39,510 bases of DNA, taken from positions 1 through 39,510 of the IMG/VR virus record IMGVR_UViG_3300038675_000151. One strand, given 5' to 3'. Position 1 is the stretch's first letter, and each line of letters begins with the position of its first letter. The notes under the pieces were generated by a model. That model was given only the letters and a program-made list of their open reading frames with translations. It had not been told where the DNA came from and searched no databases. A program made the translations under genes and the position numbers. This DNA comes from a virus (Duplodnaviria; Caudoviricetes). Shown here piece after piece: positions 18,186 to 27,145 of the stretch.

Positions 18186-19819
18186 GCCGACTCTCCCTGC
18201 CGCTGGCTGATCGCACCGCCGAGGGCGGCATCAATCGGGCTGTTCGGCTCGATGGCCTTCCCCGGCGGGATTTGCTGACCGATCTGGGCGAGATCCTGCT
18301 CGGCCTTCGCCTCGGCCTCGGCCTGTGCCCTCCGGGCCCGGATCTCCTCGACCTCCGTCCTCTTCCGCAGAACGCTCGAAGGCATCCCGAGCCGCTCCGC
18401 ACCGCCACGGACCATCTCGTCCAGGTCGAAGTTGTCAACCACCGTCGGATCCACCTGGAGTATCGGACCAACGAAGGACATCGTGTTCGAGATCCCCTGG
18501 AACTCGAAAATCTTCATCGCCATCGCGAGACGGTTGACGTAGACGACGTCCAGGTTCGCACCCATCAGTTCCTGCGGGACCGGTGCCAACTCCCCCCGCC
18601 GCAGGAGGAGCCAGAAGGCCCGCCGGATCATCGGATCGAACAACTCCGACTGTAGCCTGCCGAGCGTCGGGCCGAGGAGGATGAGTTTCTCGTCCACCCT
18701 CTCCCGCACCTCCGTGGCCGTCATTCCGGTGGGCCTGTCAATCAGGAGCAGGAAGAGGTCGGCGTAAAAGCATTTCAGGATCGACTGCCGCCGCTTCTCC
18801 TCGGCGTCCACGGCGATCCGGTAGTCGCCCTTGAAGTAGAGTGCATCCGGCTTTTCGCCCTGGTAGTAGATGATCGAGCCGGGAACGACGGACGTTCTGG
18901 ACATCCGGTTCTCGTTCTGCATGAGCAACGGCGGGTCGATCATCTTCTGGATCGCCCGGATGTTGTCCTTGCTCATCTGGTTCAGCATCTTCGTGTCGGG
19001 TAGGGCGTCCATGCCGGGACTCCTGCCGTACTTCTCGTTGCTGTCCTTGTCCCACCGGGGAACGAAGTAGGCTTCCTCGTCGTACCCGCCCTCCTCCAGC
19101 ACCTCTTCGCCCCGCACAAGGACATAGACGCTGGCGTACGGCTTGTTCAACCTGTCGATCTTCCCCGGCTCCCTCGCTCCGCGAGGCCAGTAGGCGTGGA
19201 TGACGTCGAAGGCCTCTCCCGGCTTCCCCTGCTCGACGGCCTTCCGCACCTCCTTCGCCTCTGCTTCCGGCCATTTTTCGAGGATCTTCTTCGCCGTGTA
19301 GCGGTCCTGCCGGTAAACCGTGTCGATCCTGCCGTCCGCCCCCTCATCGACGCAGATCGTGCCGGGGCTGAATGCCGAGAAGGCCAGGGGGGATCGCCTC
19401 CCCTCCTCGAGGTACAGACAGCCGGTACCGAAGCCGCCCAGGTCCGTGTAGATCTCCTTGATGGCCGATCCGAAGTTGCTCGTCGCCAGGGCCAGATGCA
19501 TCCGCTCCGAGGTATCCTGCAACCACCATGCGACATCCCCCTGCTTCATCAGGTCGCGGTCCCTGACCGTGATCTGGAACCAGGGGGCCGAGGGAGTCGT
19601 CAGGTGCCCGTAAAGCCCGTTCGCCAGGATGTTCAGGCCCCAGATCGCCGTGCCGTCGTAGATCTTCGAGGTCCGCTTGTCGCCCTGCACCGTCGAGAAG
19701 GTCAGGAACGTGCGGCGGGGAAGCATGAGGTCCGCAATCTCCTGCCAATGCGAGAGGAGCGTACTCCGCTCCGCATCGAGATCCTTGTGCCTCTGGATGA
19801 TCGCCCTCGCGTCCGCCAT
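18182..19819 (-). CDS. portal / head-to-tail connector
   Basis: KIYDGTA...LANGL...LT.PS.PWF; YGRSPGMDALPD.KMLN; MTATEV.ER..EK...LGP.LGRLQSE; start MADARA at 19819. Confidence 0.93.
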   Translation of the reverse strand: MADARAIIQRHKDLDAERSTLLSHWQEIADLMLPRRTFLTFSTVQGDKRTSKIYDGTAIWGLNILANGLYGHLTTPSAPWFQITVRDRDLMKQGDVAWWLQDTSERMHLALATSNFGSAIKEIYTDLGGFGTGCLYLEEGRRSPLAFSAFSPGTICVDEGADGRIDTVYRQDRYTAKKILEKWPEAEAKEVRKAVEQGKPGEAFDVIHAYWPRGAREPGKIDRLNKPYASVYVLVRGEEVLEEGGYDEEAYFVPRWDKDSNEKYGRSPGMDALPDTKMLNQMSKDNIRAIQKMIDPPLLMQNENRMSRTSVVPGSIIYYQGEKPDALYFKGDYRIAVDAEEKRRQSILKCFYADLFLLLIDRPTGMTATEVRERVDEKLILLGPTLGRLQSELFDPMIRRAFWLLLRRGELAPVPQELMGANLDVVYVNRLAMAMKIFEFQGISNTMSFVGPILQVDPTVVDNFDLDEMVRGGAERLGMPSSVLRKRTEVEEIRARRAQAEAEAKAEQDLAQIGQQIPPGKAIEPNSPIDAALGGAISQRQGESA

Positions 19820-19820
19820 C

Positions 19821-20027
19821 TCATTCCCCCAGTAGCCGCTTCCGGCCACCAATCGCCCCTGTGAAACGGGGTGGCATCGTCTGCGTCTGCGACTGCACCG
19901 TCGTCGCACCGATCTGGGCGTTCCCGGCCTGCCCCGCCCCCAGGCTCAACCCGCCCCGGCCCAGTTTCAGCCGGTTGATGATCTCGGGCACCACCGCTCT
20001 CGGTATCTGCATCCCTGCTCCCATCAT
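19821..20027 (-). CDS. small pre-portal protein ending in RKRLLGE
   Basis: Translationally coupled; LLG C-terminus typical of the gene preceding the portal in this phage group. Confidence 0.6.
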   Translation of the reverse strand: MMGAGMQIPRAVVPEIINRLKLGRGGLSLGAGQAGNAQIGATTVQSQTQTMPPRFTGAIGGRKRLLGE

Positions 20028-21031
20028 TCCCCCAATAGCCGCTTGCGTCCGACCTCTGCCGTCGAGGTGTCGCCCATCCCGCCGGTCAGGAGTGCCGAGC
20101 CGGTCTTCTTCTTCGCCGCGATGGCCCTCTTCGCGGCGTTCAGTTTCTTCGCCGTCGCCTCGGCAGTCGCCGCCTCACCCGCCGCGACATCCGCCTTCGC
20201 CGCAGGGGTCGCATCGAACGTCTCCACCGTCGCGGGGGTCTCCACCGAGGACGTCGAGGCCGACCCCGCCACCGCCGACAGGGCGTTCATCGCCTGCATG
20301 ATCTGAAGGCCGTCCTTCAGGGACAATTTACCCAGGATCCCCTCCGTGGACTTCGACCCGATCTTCCCCGCCGCCTCGAGGGCCGTCGTTTTCCCCGCCG
20401 CCGAAAACTCGGGAACCACCGAGTCGGCAATTGCCTTCCCCGCCATCTCTGCGGCTTCCTGTGTCGCGAGACCGGCCTGTTCTCCAAGGAGTGCCTCCCC
20501 TTGCAGAACCTGGACGTTGAACGTGCCGTCCGCCGCCTGCGTGATCACCTGGGTCGGCTGAACGACCCCCTCTGTCGCCGCCGGGGCCGTCGCACCGGCC
20601 AGGGCACCCTTGGCCCATTGCCCTGCGGAGCCGAGCATATACCCCTGCACCGCCGCACCCGCCGCACCTATCGTGTCACTCAAGGAATGCTCCGGGCCCC
20701 CGTAGTACTCGCGGAGGTACGTCTCCTTCGCCTTCTGTCCGGCCTCGATCCCGGCAACCATGCCAGGACTGCCGGTGTAGTAGCCGACAATGATCGGCCT
20801 GATGATCCCCCGGATCGTCTGCACCGCCTCGTCCGACATGACCTCGTTCACCGCCGGGAATGTCTGCCGAATGGCGATCTCCGGGGAAACCGGGACGCCC
20901 ATGCCGATTGCCGCCGTGTAGGCCGCGAGATTCCCGATTGTGGAATTACCCGCAATGTGCGACACCGCATCCGCCGTCCACCTCGCAGGGGCCGTAATGG
21001 CAGACCATGCCCAGGAAAGTGCCTTTCCCAT
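20024..21031 (-). CDS. Ala/Gly-rich protein ending in RKRLLGE, probably virion-associated
   Basis: Start MGKALSW at 21031 (RBS AGGTGA); ends SALLTGGMGDTSTAEVGRKRLLGE. Confidence 0.6.
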   Translation of the reverse strand: MGKALSWAWSAITAPARWTADAVSHIAGNSTIGNLAAYTAAIGMGVPVSPEIAIRQTFPAVNEVMSDEAVQTIRGIIRPIIVGYYTGSPGMVAGIEAGQKAKETYLREYYGGPEHSLSDTIGAAGAAVQGYMLGSAGQWAKGALAGATAPAATEGVVQPTQVITQAADGTFNVQVLQGEALLGEQAGLATQEAAEMAGKAIADSVVPEFSAAGKTTALEAAGKIGSKSTEGILGKLSLKDGLQIMQAMNALSAVAGSASTSSVETPATVETFDATPAAKADVAAGEAATAEATAKKLNAAKRAIAAKKKTGSALLTGGMGDTSTAEVGRKRLLGE

Positions 21032-21035
21032 CAGA

Positions 21036-22847
21036 TCACCTATAGATGTCATAACCGGCCTGGGCCACGCCATAACCGGATCGAACGAGGGGTCTCTGCC
21101 CACTCCCGTAAATGTCGTAGTCCGTCACCGCCATCGGCACCCGGACATCCATGTACTGATCCCCCTCCGACGCCACCGGGATGCGGTTCGCCGCCAGTTT
21201 CATGTAGCCGAGTGCGTGCCTGTAGTGGTCCGCCCCGACCTCCTTGTACCGGCTCACCTTCTCCCCGCTCGAATTCTCGACCATCACCTTGACCGACGCA
21301 CAGCATTCCCGAACGAACTGCTCGATCTCCGAGGACATCGACGGCAGTTCCATCCGCCCCGGCACCGACACCATCGAATGCGTCTGATCGAGGATCTCCG
21401 TCCGGTTGACCGAAACGATCCCCCGGCCCAGGTCGTAGTGCGGGGCACCCTTCTGCGACTCCTGGTAGTCGCAAAGGAAGATCTCGTAGGGTTCGGCCTT
21501 CTGAAACTCCCTGGCCTTGTGCAGTTCCGGCTTCATGTCGATCACGCCGCACATGACCCCGTACCGCTTCGCCACCTCGTGCAAGTCGTTCCATGCCTTG
21601 TACCGGCCCACATGAACGATCCGATAGCAGTTCTGCCGGATCTTCAGCCCGATCACGCAATGCAGGACCGACCCGACATCCACCCCCATCGCGGACGGCC
21701 CCGGCGAAAAGGCCAGCATCGGCTGTACCGTCGTCAGCCTGTGAAAGTCCTGCGGGGTCAGTTTGTTCTGGCCGTCCACGAACGCCCTCGCGAGTTTCGA
21801 GTTGTAGAAGATCTGCCGCTCACCGGCCCCCAACTCCCCGATCCGCTCGAACTGGGCCAGGATCTTCCCAGGATCGACGTACACGCTGTTCAACTGCGAA
21901 ATGTGCCAGCCCACCCGCTCCTTGCAGGACGGCACCGTCGCTACCCACCGTCCATCCCTCGGGAAAATCTCCTTCCCGCACTTCACGCAGGCCCGATACA
22001 CCCGACCCGACAAGTCCCGCTTCAGACACGCCGGAAACTCCTCCTCAAGACAGGTGTCGTGACCACAAGCCGCACACCGGATGAACCACTTCCGCTGATC
22101 CGACTCCCGGTACGCCCGATCCACCCCGTAGTCAGGAATCGTCGGCGTCGATAAAGCGAAAACCTCCTTGACCGTCGAATGTGCCATCCGCTCCAGGGCC
22201 ATCTCCACCATGTCCGTGTCCATCTCGTCCCGCTCGTCCAACACCACACGATCCACCGGCACCGACTTCAACTTGCTCGAGGTCTTCATCAGACCCTCAA
22301 TCTGCTTCGTCGCCCTCGCCCCACGAAGGTAAAGCATCGCACCGTGAATCCGCTTGATGTTGATCGAGTCCGTGTCCTCCACAAAACCCCCAATCAGGTC
22401 CGGGTTCTGCTCAATCAAGGGATTGAACCGAGCCTTCGAAAAGTCCGAAACGTCGTCGCCCGTAGGAAACAGGTACAAAACACCCTTCGGGTACCGACGA
22501 TGAATCATCCCATGCAACGTCTTCAGAACCGCACCCTCCGTCCATCCCATCTGCGATCCCTTGATCCCAACCTGATCAGGATGAAACTCGTTCAACGGCC
22601 CCTCCAGGTACTCGTGACCCGATGCCTCAAACACCCCGCCCTGCAAATTGATCCGATTGAAACACGCCCAGAAGAAGGGGGAGGCCGCCATGATCGCTTC
22701 GACCTGAATCTGGCCCACCCCCCCCTGCCGGGGGGCCTTGCTCTTCACCGGGGAGGAAACCCTCTTGGTCGCCGTCTTCGCCCCGGTTCCAGCCTTCTTC
22801 GCGGGGGCCTTCTTCGTCGTCTTGGTGGCTGTCTTCTTCGTGGTCAT
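21036..22847 (-). CDS. terL: terminase large subunit (GpA-like ATPase, Zn-ribbon, RNase H nuclease)
   Basis: KGSQMGWTE Walker A variant; YLFPT; VVLDERDEM Walker B; STPT; CxxC pairs; MGVDVG; DHYRHA. Confidence 0.9.
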   Translation of the reverse strand: MTTKKTATKTTKKAPAKKAGTGAKTATKRVSSPVKSKAPRQGGVGQIQVEAIMAASPFFWACFNRINLQGGVFEASGHEYLEGPLNEFHPDQVGIKGSQMGWTEGAVLKTLHGMIHRRYPKGVLYLFPTGDDVSDFSKARFNPLIEQNPDLIGGFVEDTDSINIKRIHGAMLYLRGARATKQIEGLMKTSSKLKSVPVDRVVLDERDEMDTDMVEMALERMAHSTVKEVFALSTPTIPDYGVDRAYRESDQRKWFIRCAACGHDTCLEEEFPACLKRDLSGRVYRACVKCGKEIFPRDGRWVATVPSCKERVGWHISQLNSVYVDPGKILAQFERIGELGAGERQIFYNSKLARAFVDGQNKLTPQDFHRLTTVQPMLAFSPGPSAMGVDVGSVLHCVIGLKIRQNCYRIVHVGRYKAWNDLHEVAKRYGVMCGVIDMKPELHKAREFQKAEPYEIFLCDYQESQKGAPHYDLGRGIVSVNRTEILDQTHSMVSVPGRMELPSMSSEIEQFVRECCASVKVMVENSSGEKVSRYKEVGADHYRHALGYMKLAANRIPVASEGDQYMDVRVPMAVTDYDIYGSGQRPLVRSGYGVAQAGYDIYR

Positions 22848-22860
22848 CCGTGCTACCGCC

Positions 22861-22886
22861 TTACCCTGGTATCAACACCGAAGTTC
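22861..22886. promoter_or_regulatory. repressor-operator-like sites just upstream of terL
   Basis: TTACCCTGGTAT (22861-22872) is 11/12 identical to ATACCCTGGTAT in the cro promoter; a weaker ACACCGAAGTTC follows. Confidence 0.45.
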
Positions 22887-22904
22887 AGATAATCTGTATT
22901 ATGT

Positions 22905-23387
22905 CTACTTGTCCTTCTTCCGCTTTCCCTGATCTTTCAGGGACTTAACCGGCTTTGCCCCTTTTACGGGCGTCCCAAGAGGTTGACAACCCAGGTTATC
23001 CACAGGTCTGGTAGCACGAATCCGCAGGATCTCGGCACCGATGGCCTGATAGATCTCTATATCGTCAGCGGTCATGGATCCGGTCCTGATCACCGTCCCC
23101 CCGCTCGTGATGTCCAGCCGGTCAACCTTGATGCCATGGACCATGTCCATGTTCATCTCTGCCGCCCGAAGCCTCGTCTGGTGGTCTACAAGGGGCTTCG
23201 AGTAGACGAATTCGCCCTTGTCCTTGTCGTAGTGAGGCCGGATCTCCGTGGCATCGTGAGCCGCCAGGATGACCTGTAGGGACCGTTCCGGGGTCAGGCC
23301 CATCTCCCTGGCCGCCTGCCGAGTCTCCTCGATGACGGTCATGCCTGCCTGGATGCCAGCCTGGATTTTTTCAGGGTCTCTGTTCAT
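22905..23387 (-). CDS. putative terminase small subunit
   Basis: Directly upstream of terL; A.DATE....VDHQTRLRAAEM pattern. Confidence 0.6.
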   Translation of the reverse strand: MNRDPEKIQAGIQAGMTVIEETRQAAREMGLTPERSLQVILAAHDATEIRPHYDKDKGEFVYSKPLVDHQTRLRAAEMNMDMVHGIKVDRLDITSGGTVIRTGSMTADDIEIYQAIGAEILRIRATRPVDNLGCQPLGTPVKGAKPVKSLKDQGKRKKDK

Positions 23388-23685
23388 GTCCTGACCTCCT
23401 CTGGCCGCTATAAGATCTTAAACTACACTTATATGTCAACCTGGGTATAGTATTTAGTAACTTAAGTCAGGGATCTGTGAGGGATGAGTGGATAGATATT
23501 TCAGAGATCTATGACAGGGAGGGGTATTTTGTAGATACAGGGTGGGTATACTGTGGTGTTAAAGTGGATTTTGATCAGGAATGGTCTGTGTTTGGTGAGA
23601 TACATGGTGGCGTGGGATAGTGATAATGTAGTGATTGTGGTAAGTTAAGGTGATGCCCTGGTTGGTTGTGATGATAGAGTGTTGA

Positions 23686-23943
23686 TCATTTCTGGCTTTC
23701 CGGTAGTGCTACGGGTTTCTTTCCTTTGATTTTCCTGACATTGTCGTCGAACAGGGTGAGCCATCGGTCGAGTTCATGGGGCATGGCGATGGGAGTGCCG
23801 CCTGGGGATCGGCGGATTGGGAGTCCGTGCGGGATGTAATCGTTGCGGATTGTCTGCACATGAACTCCCATGTACGCCGTGATGGCCTTCCAGCCGACGA
23901 GCCAGCCGTAGTGGGGATCGAGTGCTGGAGGACGCCTTGCCAT
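23686..23943 (-). CDS. HTH DNA-binding protein, possible late regulator
   Basis: LVGWKAITAYMGVHVQTIRN...GLPI...ELDRW. Confidence 0.65.
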   Translation of the reverse strand: MARRPPALDPHYGWLVGWKAITAYMGVHVQTIRNDYIPHGLPIRRSPGGTPIAMPHELDRWLTLFDDNVRKIKGKKPVALPESQK

Positions 23944-23946
23944 CGC

Positions 23947-24270
23947 CTATGCACCTCCTCCCTGGGGGAGATCGCGTCGGATCTTGGCCCTGCGTCTCCG
24001 CAGTCGGTGGATCGTGCTGATCAGGGTGTTGATTCGCACGACATCGCCCTGCATGGAGCGGATCTCGTCGCGATACTGCCGTCGCAGTCGCGTGAGTCGT
24101 CGGACGTGGTCGTCCTCGGCGGCCAGGATCGACACGACCTCCTGTAGATCTCTCGCGTATTTGGCCTCAAGCCGCAGGTTTTTTTTGATCACATCCCCGA
24201 GGTAGTCGTTCGCCTCGTGGAATTTCCGTCGCCAGTACTCCGGGTTGTCATGCTCTATTTTCGCAGGCAT
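23947..24270 (-). CDS. hypothetical coiled-coil protein
   Basis: Tightly packed in the operon; Arg-rich coiled coil. Confidence 0.55.
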   Translation of the reverse strand: MPAKIEHDNPEYWRRKFHEANDYLGDVIKKNLRLEAKYARDLQEVVSILAAEDDHVRRLTRLRRQYRDEIRSMQGDVVRINTLISTIHRLRRRRAKIRRDLPQGGGA

Positions 24271-24272
24271 AA

Positions 24273-24506
24273 TCAGTATCTCCTGTTATCGACTCTCACC
24301 ATGTACCGTACCCCGCCGTTGCACCAACCGACAAAGTGCAGGGTCACCCCTCTCGACACCCTTCCCCGGTTCTCGCGATCTTGGATCGTCCGGTTCAGTT
24401 CCATGTTTATGTAGGATACCATTTCGCCCATCGTCCGAAACTTCGAGGGATCGCATGGGATGTCCACAACACCGTCAAGTGTGCTAACCACCCTTTTCCA
24501 TATCAA
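24273..24506 (-). CDS. hypothetical protein
   Basis: Start overlaps the upstream stop; same operon. Confidence 0.5.
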   Translation of the reverse strand: MIWKRVVSTLDGVVDIPCDPSKFRTMGEMVSYINMELNRTIQDRENRGRVSRGVTLHFVGWCNGGVRYMVRVDNRRY

Positions 24507-24865
24507 AATTCCTCCACCTCCCAGGTGTACCCTGTTTTTTTCGTTCCTTTTCTCTGAATTGCCGAGAACCAGAATTCCGGGTACATCTCTGCGGCGACCT
24601 TGATCTTGACCCTGGCATCGTCCTGCCAGAAGCCCTTGACCTCGTGGAACTCGACGTTCCCCTCTTGGTCTACGACCAGGAAATCCGGTGTGTAGTAAGT
24701 CAGATCCGCCAGCTTCAGCCGGACGGCCTCGTATCGCCAGGACAGGATCTCCCCCTTCTGCTTCATCTCCTCGAGACGCTCGGAGTACGCTTTCTCGAGT
24801 TGGTTCATGCCGCTCTTTCTTGGTGCCAGCCTTCCCTTCGCTTTCTGGAAATGCCTGCTCATCAC
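24503..24865 (-). CDS. DUF1064-like PD-(D/E)xK nuclease (resolvase-like)
   Basis: MNQLEKAY...YE...LKLA....YTPDF.....EFHEVKGFW.DDARVKIKVAA. Confidence 0.82.
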   Translation of the reverse strand: MMSRHFQKAKGRLAPRKSGMNQLEKAYSERLEEMKQKGEILSWRYEAVRLKLADLTYYTPDFLVVDQEGNVEFHEVKGFWQDDARVKIKVAAEMYPEFWFSAIQRKGTKKTGYTWEVEEF

Positions 24866-25194
24866 GCTATCTTCACTCCGTGCCTGTAAGATCTTGTCTG
24901 ATTGTACCGGTGCTTGATGCAGAGGGCCTGATCGATGTCGATGTCGAACCCCTCGCAGAAGTCAAGGATCCTGATGATTGCATCGGCCAGTTCCACAGGG
25001 ATTCCACACGGTTTTTTGCCCTCAAAGTATATCTCATTGATTGCCCGTCCCTTCCTGACTTCCTCCCACGCCTCAGACAGTTCGGCGTGTGTGTTGGCGA
25101 TGGTCTCGGAGAGGGTCCGGGGTTTGTCCCACCACCCTTTCGCCCTGGCGAGGGCGTGTACTTGTTTCGCGAATTCCGAAAGATTGTAGATCAT
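24862..25194 (-). CDS. MazG-like NTP pyrophosphohydrolase
   Basis: KGWW...HAELSEAWEE.R...ELADAIIRILD...K..YN.TR.YRHG. Confidence 0.85.
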   Translation of the reverse strand: MIYNLSEFAKQVHALARAKGWWDKPRTLSETIANTHAELSEAWEEVRKGRAINEIYFEGKKPCGIPVELADAIIRILDFCEGFDIDIDQALCIKHRYNQTRSYRHGVKIA

Positions 25195-25403
25195 ACCGCC
25201 TCCCTGAATAAGCCGATCACGGAGTTGTGATCGATCCTGTACTTGGAGATTACATCAACGAATGCCGATTCTCCGTATGCTGGCGAGGCCCCCTGGATCT
25301 CCCGCAGTCTGTTCTCTGCGACCATACCCTGGATCTCCGCGAGTGCGGCCACCGCCTGTGAAAATACATATGCCGCCGCCTGATCTGCCTTCATACCTGT
25401 CAT
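25191..25403 (-). CDS. hypothetical protein
   Basis: Start moved to ATG 25403 (RBS GGAGGTG); AEIQGMVAEN..R...G.SPAY.E.AF. Confidence 0.6.
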   Translation of the reverse strand: MTGMKADQAAAYVFSQAVAALAEIQGMVAENRLREIQGASPAYGESAFVDVISKYRIDHNSVIGLFREAV

Positions 25404-25414
25404 CACCTCCTTCG

Positions 25415-25768
25415 TCAGAACGGGACTTCGTCGTCGCCCGTCGTCTGGTAATTGTTCTCCTGCCTCTGGGACAGGAATTCCACGCTGTTCGCGATGATCA
25501 CCGTGGTCTGCCGCTGATTGCCGTTCCGGTCCTGCCATTTCTGATACTCTATCTTCCCCTCGACCAGCACCTTGCTTCCCTTGCCGAGGTATTTCTGGCA
25601 GATTTCAGCGAGTTTCCCGAAGCACGTCACACGGTGCCATTCCGTCTTCTTCTCGCCCTTGTAGGTTTCCGTTGTTGCCAGCGAGAATGAAAGAACCACA
25701 GACCCGCTCTGTGTATACTTCACCTCTGGGTCGTTCCCAAGATTTCCCAATAAAATCGCTTTATTCAC
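25415..25768 (-). CDS. ssb: single-stranded DNA-binding protein
   Basis: MNKAILLGNLGNDPEVKYT...TEWHRV..FGKLAE; acidic DDEVPF tail. Confidence 0.95.
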   Translation of the reverse strand: MNKAILLGNLGNDPEVKYTQSGSVVLSFSLATTETYKGEKKTEWHRVTCFGKLAEICQKYLGKGSKVLVEGKIEYQKWQDRNGNQRQTTVIIANSVEFLSQRQENNYQTTGDDEVPF

Positions 25769-25795
25769 CTGTTCTTCCTGTGTCCGTCCTGCGTT

Positions 25796-26140
25796 CTATG
25801 CCCAACAGGGACTGCCGACGAGTATCCCGTTGGAGTCCCGTCTCCCACACTCCCTCTCGCAGAGGGTGCATTGGTCCTGTGTTTTTCCTTTGATTCCTGG
25901 GTGGTAGCAGACGTAGTCGAATACGAGCCGCCCGTCCCGCAGATGCGGGTTGACGAAGCCGTTCCGTCGGCACTCCGCAAGGATCGCCGCCATCGTCGCC
26001 TTGATGTCGTCGTTGAGCCGAGCGGCGTACTGGTCCCATCCCATCGTCTCGCGAACCTTCCGGTACCCGACGAGTACGCCCTTGAGGGTGTCGTAGTCGT
26101 CACCGACGATATCAGCCCAATGGCGGGTTGCCGGGACCAT
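25796..26140 (-). CDS. hypothetical protein downstream of the replication initiator (start uncertain)
   Basis: Protein-like only from MVPATRHW; Cys-rich C-terminus. Confidence 0.45.
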   Translation of the reverse strand: MVPATRHWADIVGDDYDTLKGVLVGYRKVRETMGWDQYAARLNDDIKATMAAILAECRRNGFVNPHLRDGRLVFDYVCYHPGIKGKTQDQCTLCERECGRRDSNGILVGSPCWA

Positions 26141-27023
26141 CGGACGGCGTCGGAGCGTCACCCTTGCGTTTGGTGGCGTGGCGGTTGACGTTGTTGATGA
26201 TGTCGAGGACATCGGGGGGTAGGTCGGGTTCCTGATTACGTCCGCGACTGTAGCCATACCGTGCATTTCCGTTGTTACCTCCTCTCGTAATTTTTGCGGC
26301 GGGTGTCCCGCCGTTGTTGCCCTGTGCCCGTTCCATCGGCCAGCCCAGGAGCGTGTAATAGTGGGACTTGTACCGCTTCCCGGTTGACCCGAGGTACTGA
26401 TTTAGGATCTCGATTGCCTTGCCCGTCATGGCCGTGCCATACTTGGAGATCAGCCTTCGGTGTTCGTCGTCGGTGAGCATGACGTAGTCAAGGTATCGTT
26501 TTTTCTCTTTTTTCCCAGAGACATTCACCCCCTCATCCACCGTGGTACCACCGTGGGTACACGGTGGGGTCACGGTGATACCACAGTTCTGTTCTGTTCT
26601 GTTCTGTTCTATAATAGTACTTGTAATAGTATCTGGAGGGGTGAAGGGAGGGATTCCATCGGCATCGAGAATCTGGCTATTGTGACTGTGCCATGCCGCC
26701 TGGAGGTCCGCCGGGAGGTTTGCGATGGCCGCGACGGCGGATTGGGTGAACGACGGGTTCTGCCTCTGGTTGCGGAAGAAGGACTTCACCCAGACGATGG
26801 ACCGGCCACGATCCCAGAGAACCTTACCGGCCAGTTCGTCGGCCACAGTCTGGAGGTTCACACCGCAGTCTGCCTTGATCCTGGCGGCAGAGATCTCGTA
26901 CATCCCGGCCTGATTTGCTCTGTCGTTGGTGAATAGGTAGATGAAGGCGAGTTTCGCGTCTTTCGAGAGTCCCTCGAACCAAGGATCCCCCCAGGTGCCG
27001 GTATCAAATCTTCTGTAGGCCAT
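26112..27023 (-). CDS. phage replication initiator / replisome organiser
   Basis: N-terminal W.DPWF..LS.DAKL.FIYL.TN winged-helix-like region; internal iterons; C-terminal YLDYVMLTDDEH.RL..KYG...GKRYKSHY. Confidence 0.75.
   Translation of the reverse strand: MAYRRFDTGTWGDPWFEGLSKDAKLAFIYLFTNDRANQAGMYEISAARIKADCGVNLQTVADELAGKVLWDRGRSIVWVKSFFRNQRQNPSFTQSAVAAIANLPADLQAAWHSHNSQILDADGIPPFTPPDTITSTIIEQNRTEQNCGITVTPPCTHGGTTVDEGVNVSGKKEKKRYLDYVMLTDDEHRRLISKYGTAMTGKAIEILNQYLGSTGKRYKSHYYTLLGWPMERAQGNNGGTPAAKITRGGNNGNARYGYSRGRNQEPDLPPDVLDIINNVNRHATKRKGDAPTPSDGPGNPPLG
26538..26632. other. putative replication origin inside the initiator gene
   Basis: CACCGTG at 26538 and 26549, inverted CACGGTG at 26560 and 26571 (exact 11-bp phasing), then (GTTCT)x5 at 26586-26610 and an AT-rich tract. 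Confidence 0.65.
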
Positions 27024-27110
27024 GACACCCCTAGAGTGTCCCAGGTGAAAATACGAGGGGAAGGCGGCCTGGAGTTTCCGCCTTATCGGGTGCCCCCTAT
27101 CCCCCCGTCA
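27024..27110 (-). promoter_or_regulatory. structured cis-regulatory leader of the replication gene
   Basis: Hairpin GACACUC-UAG-GGGUGUC hides the SD next to the ATG; upstream multi-stem element whose loop CUCCAGG is complementary to CCUGGG. Confidence 0.45.
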
Positions 27111-27145
27111 AAAAAAATTATTGACAGAACAACACGATAGTGTCT

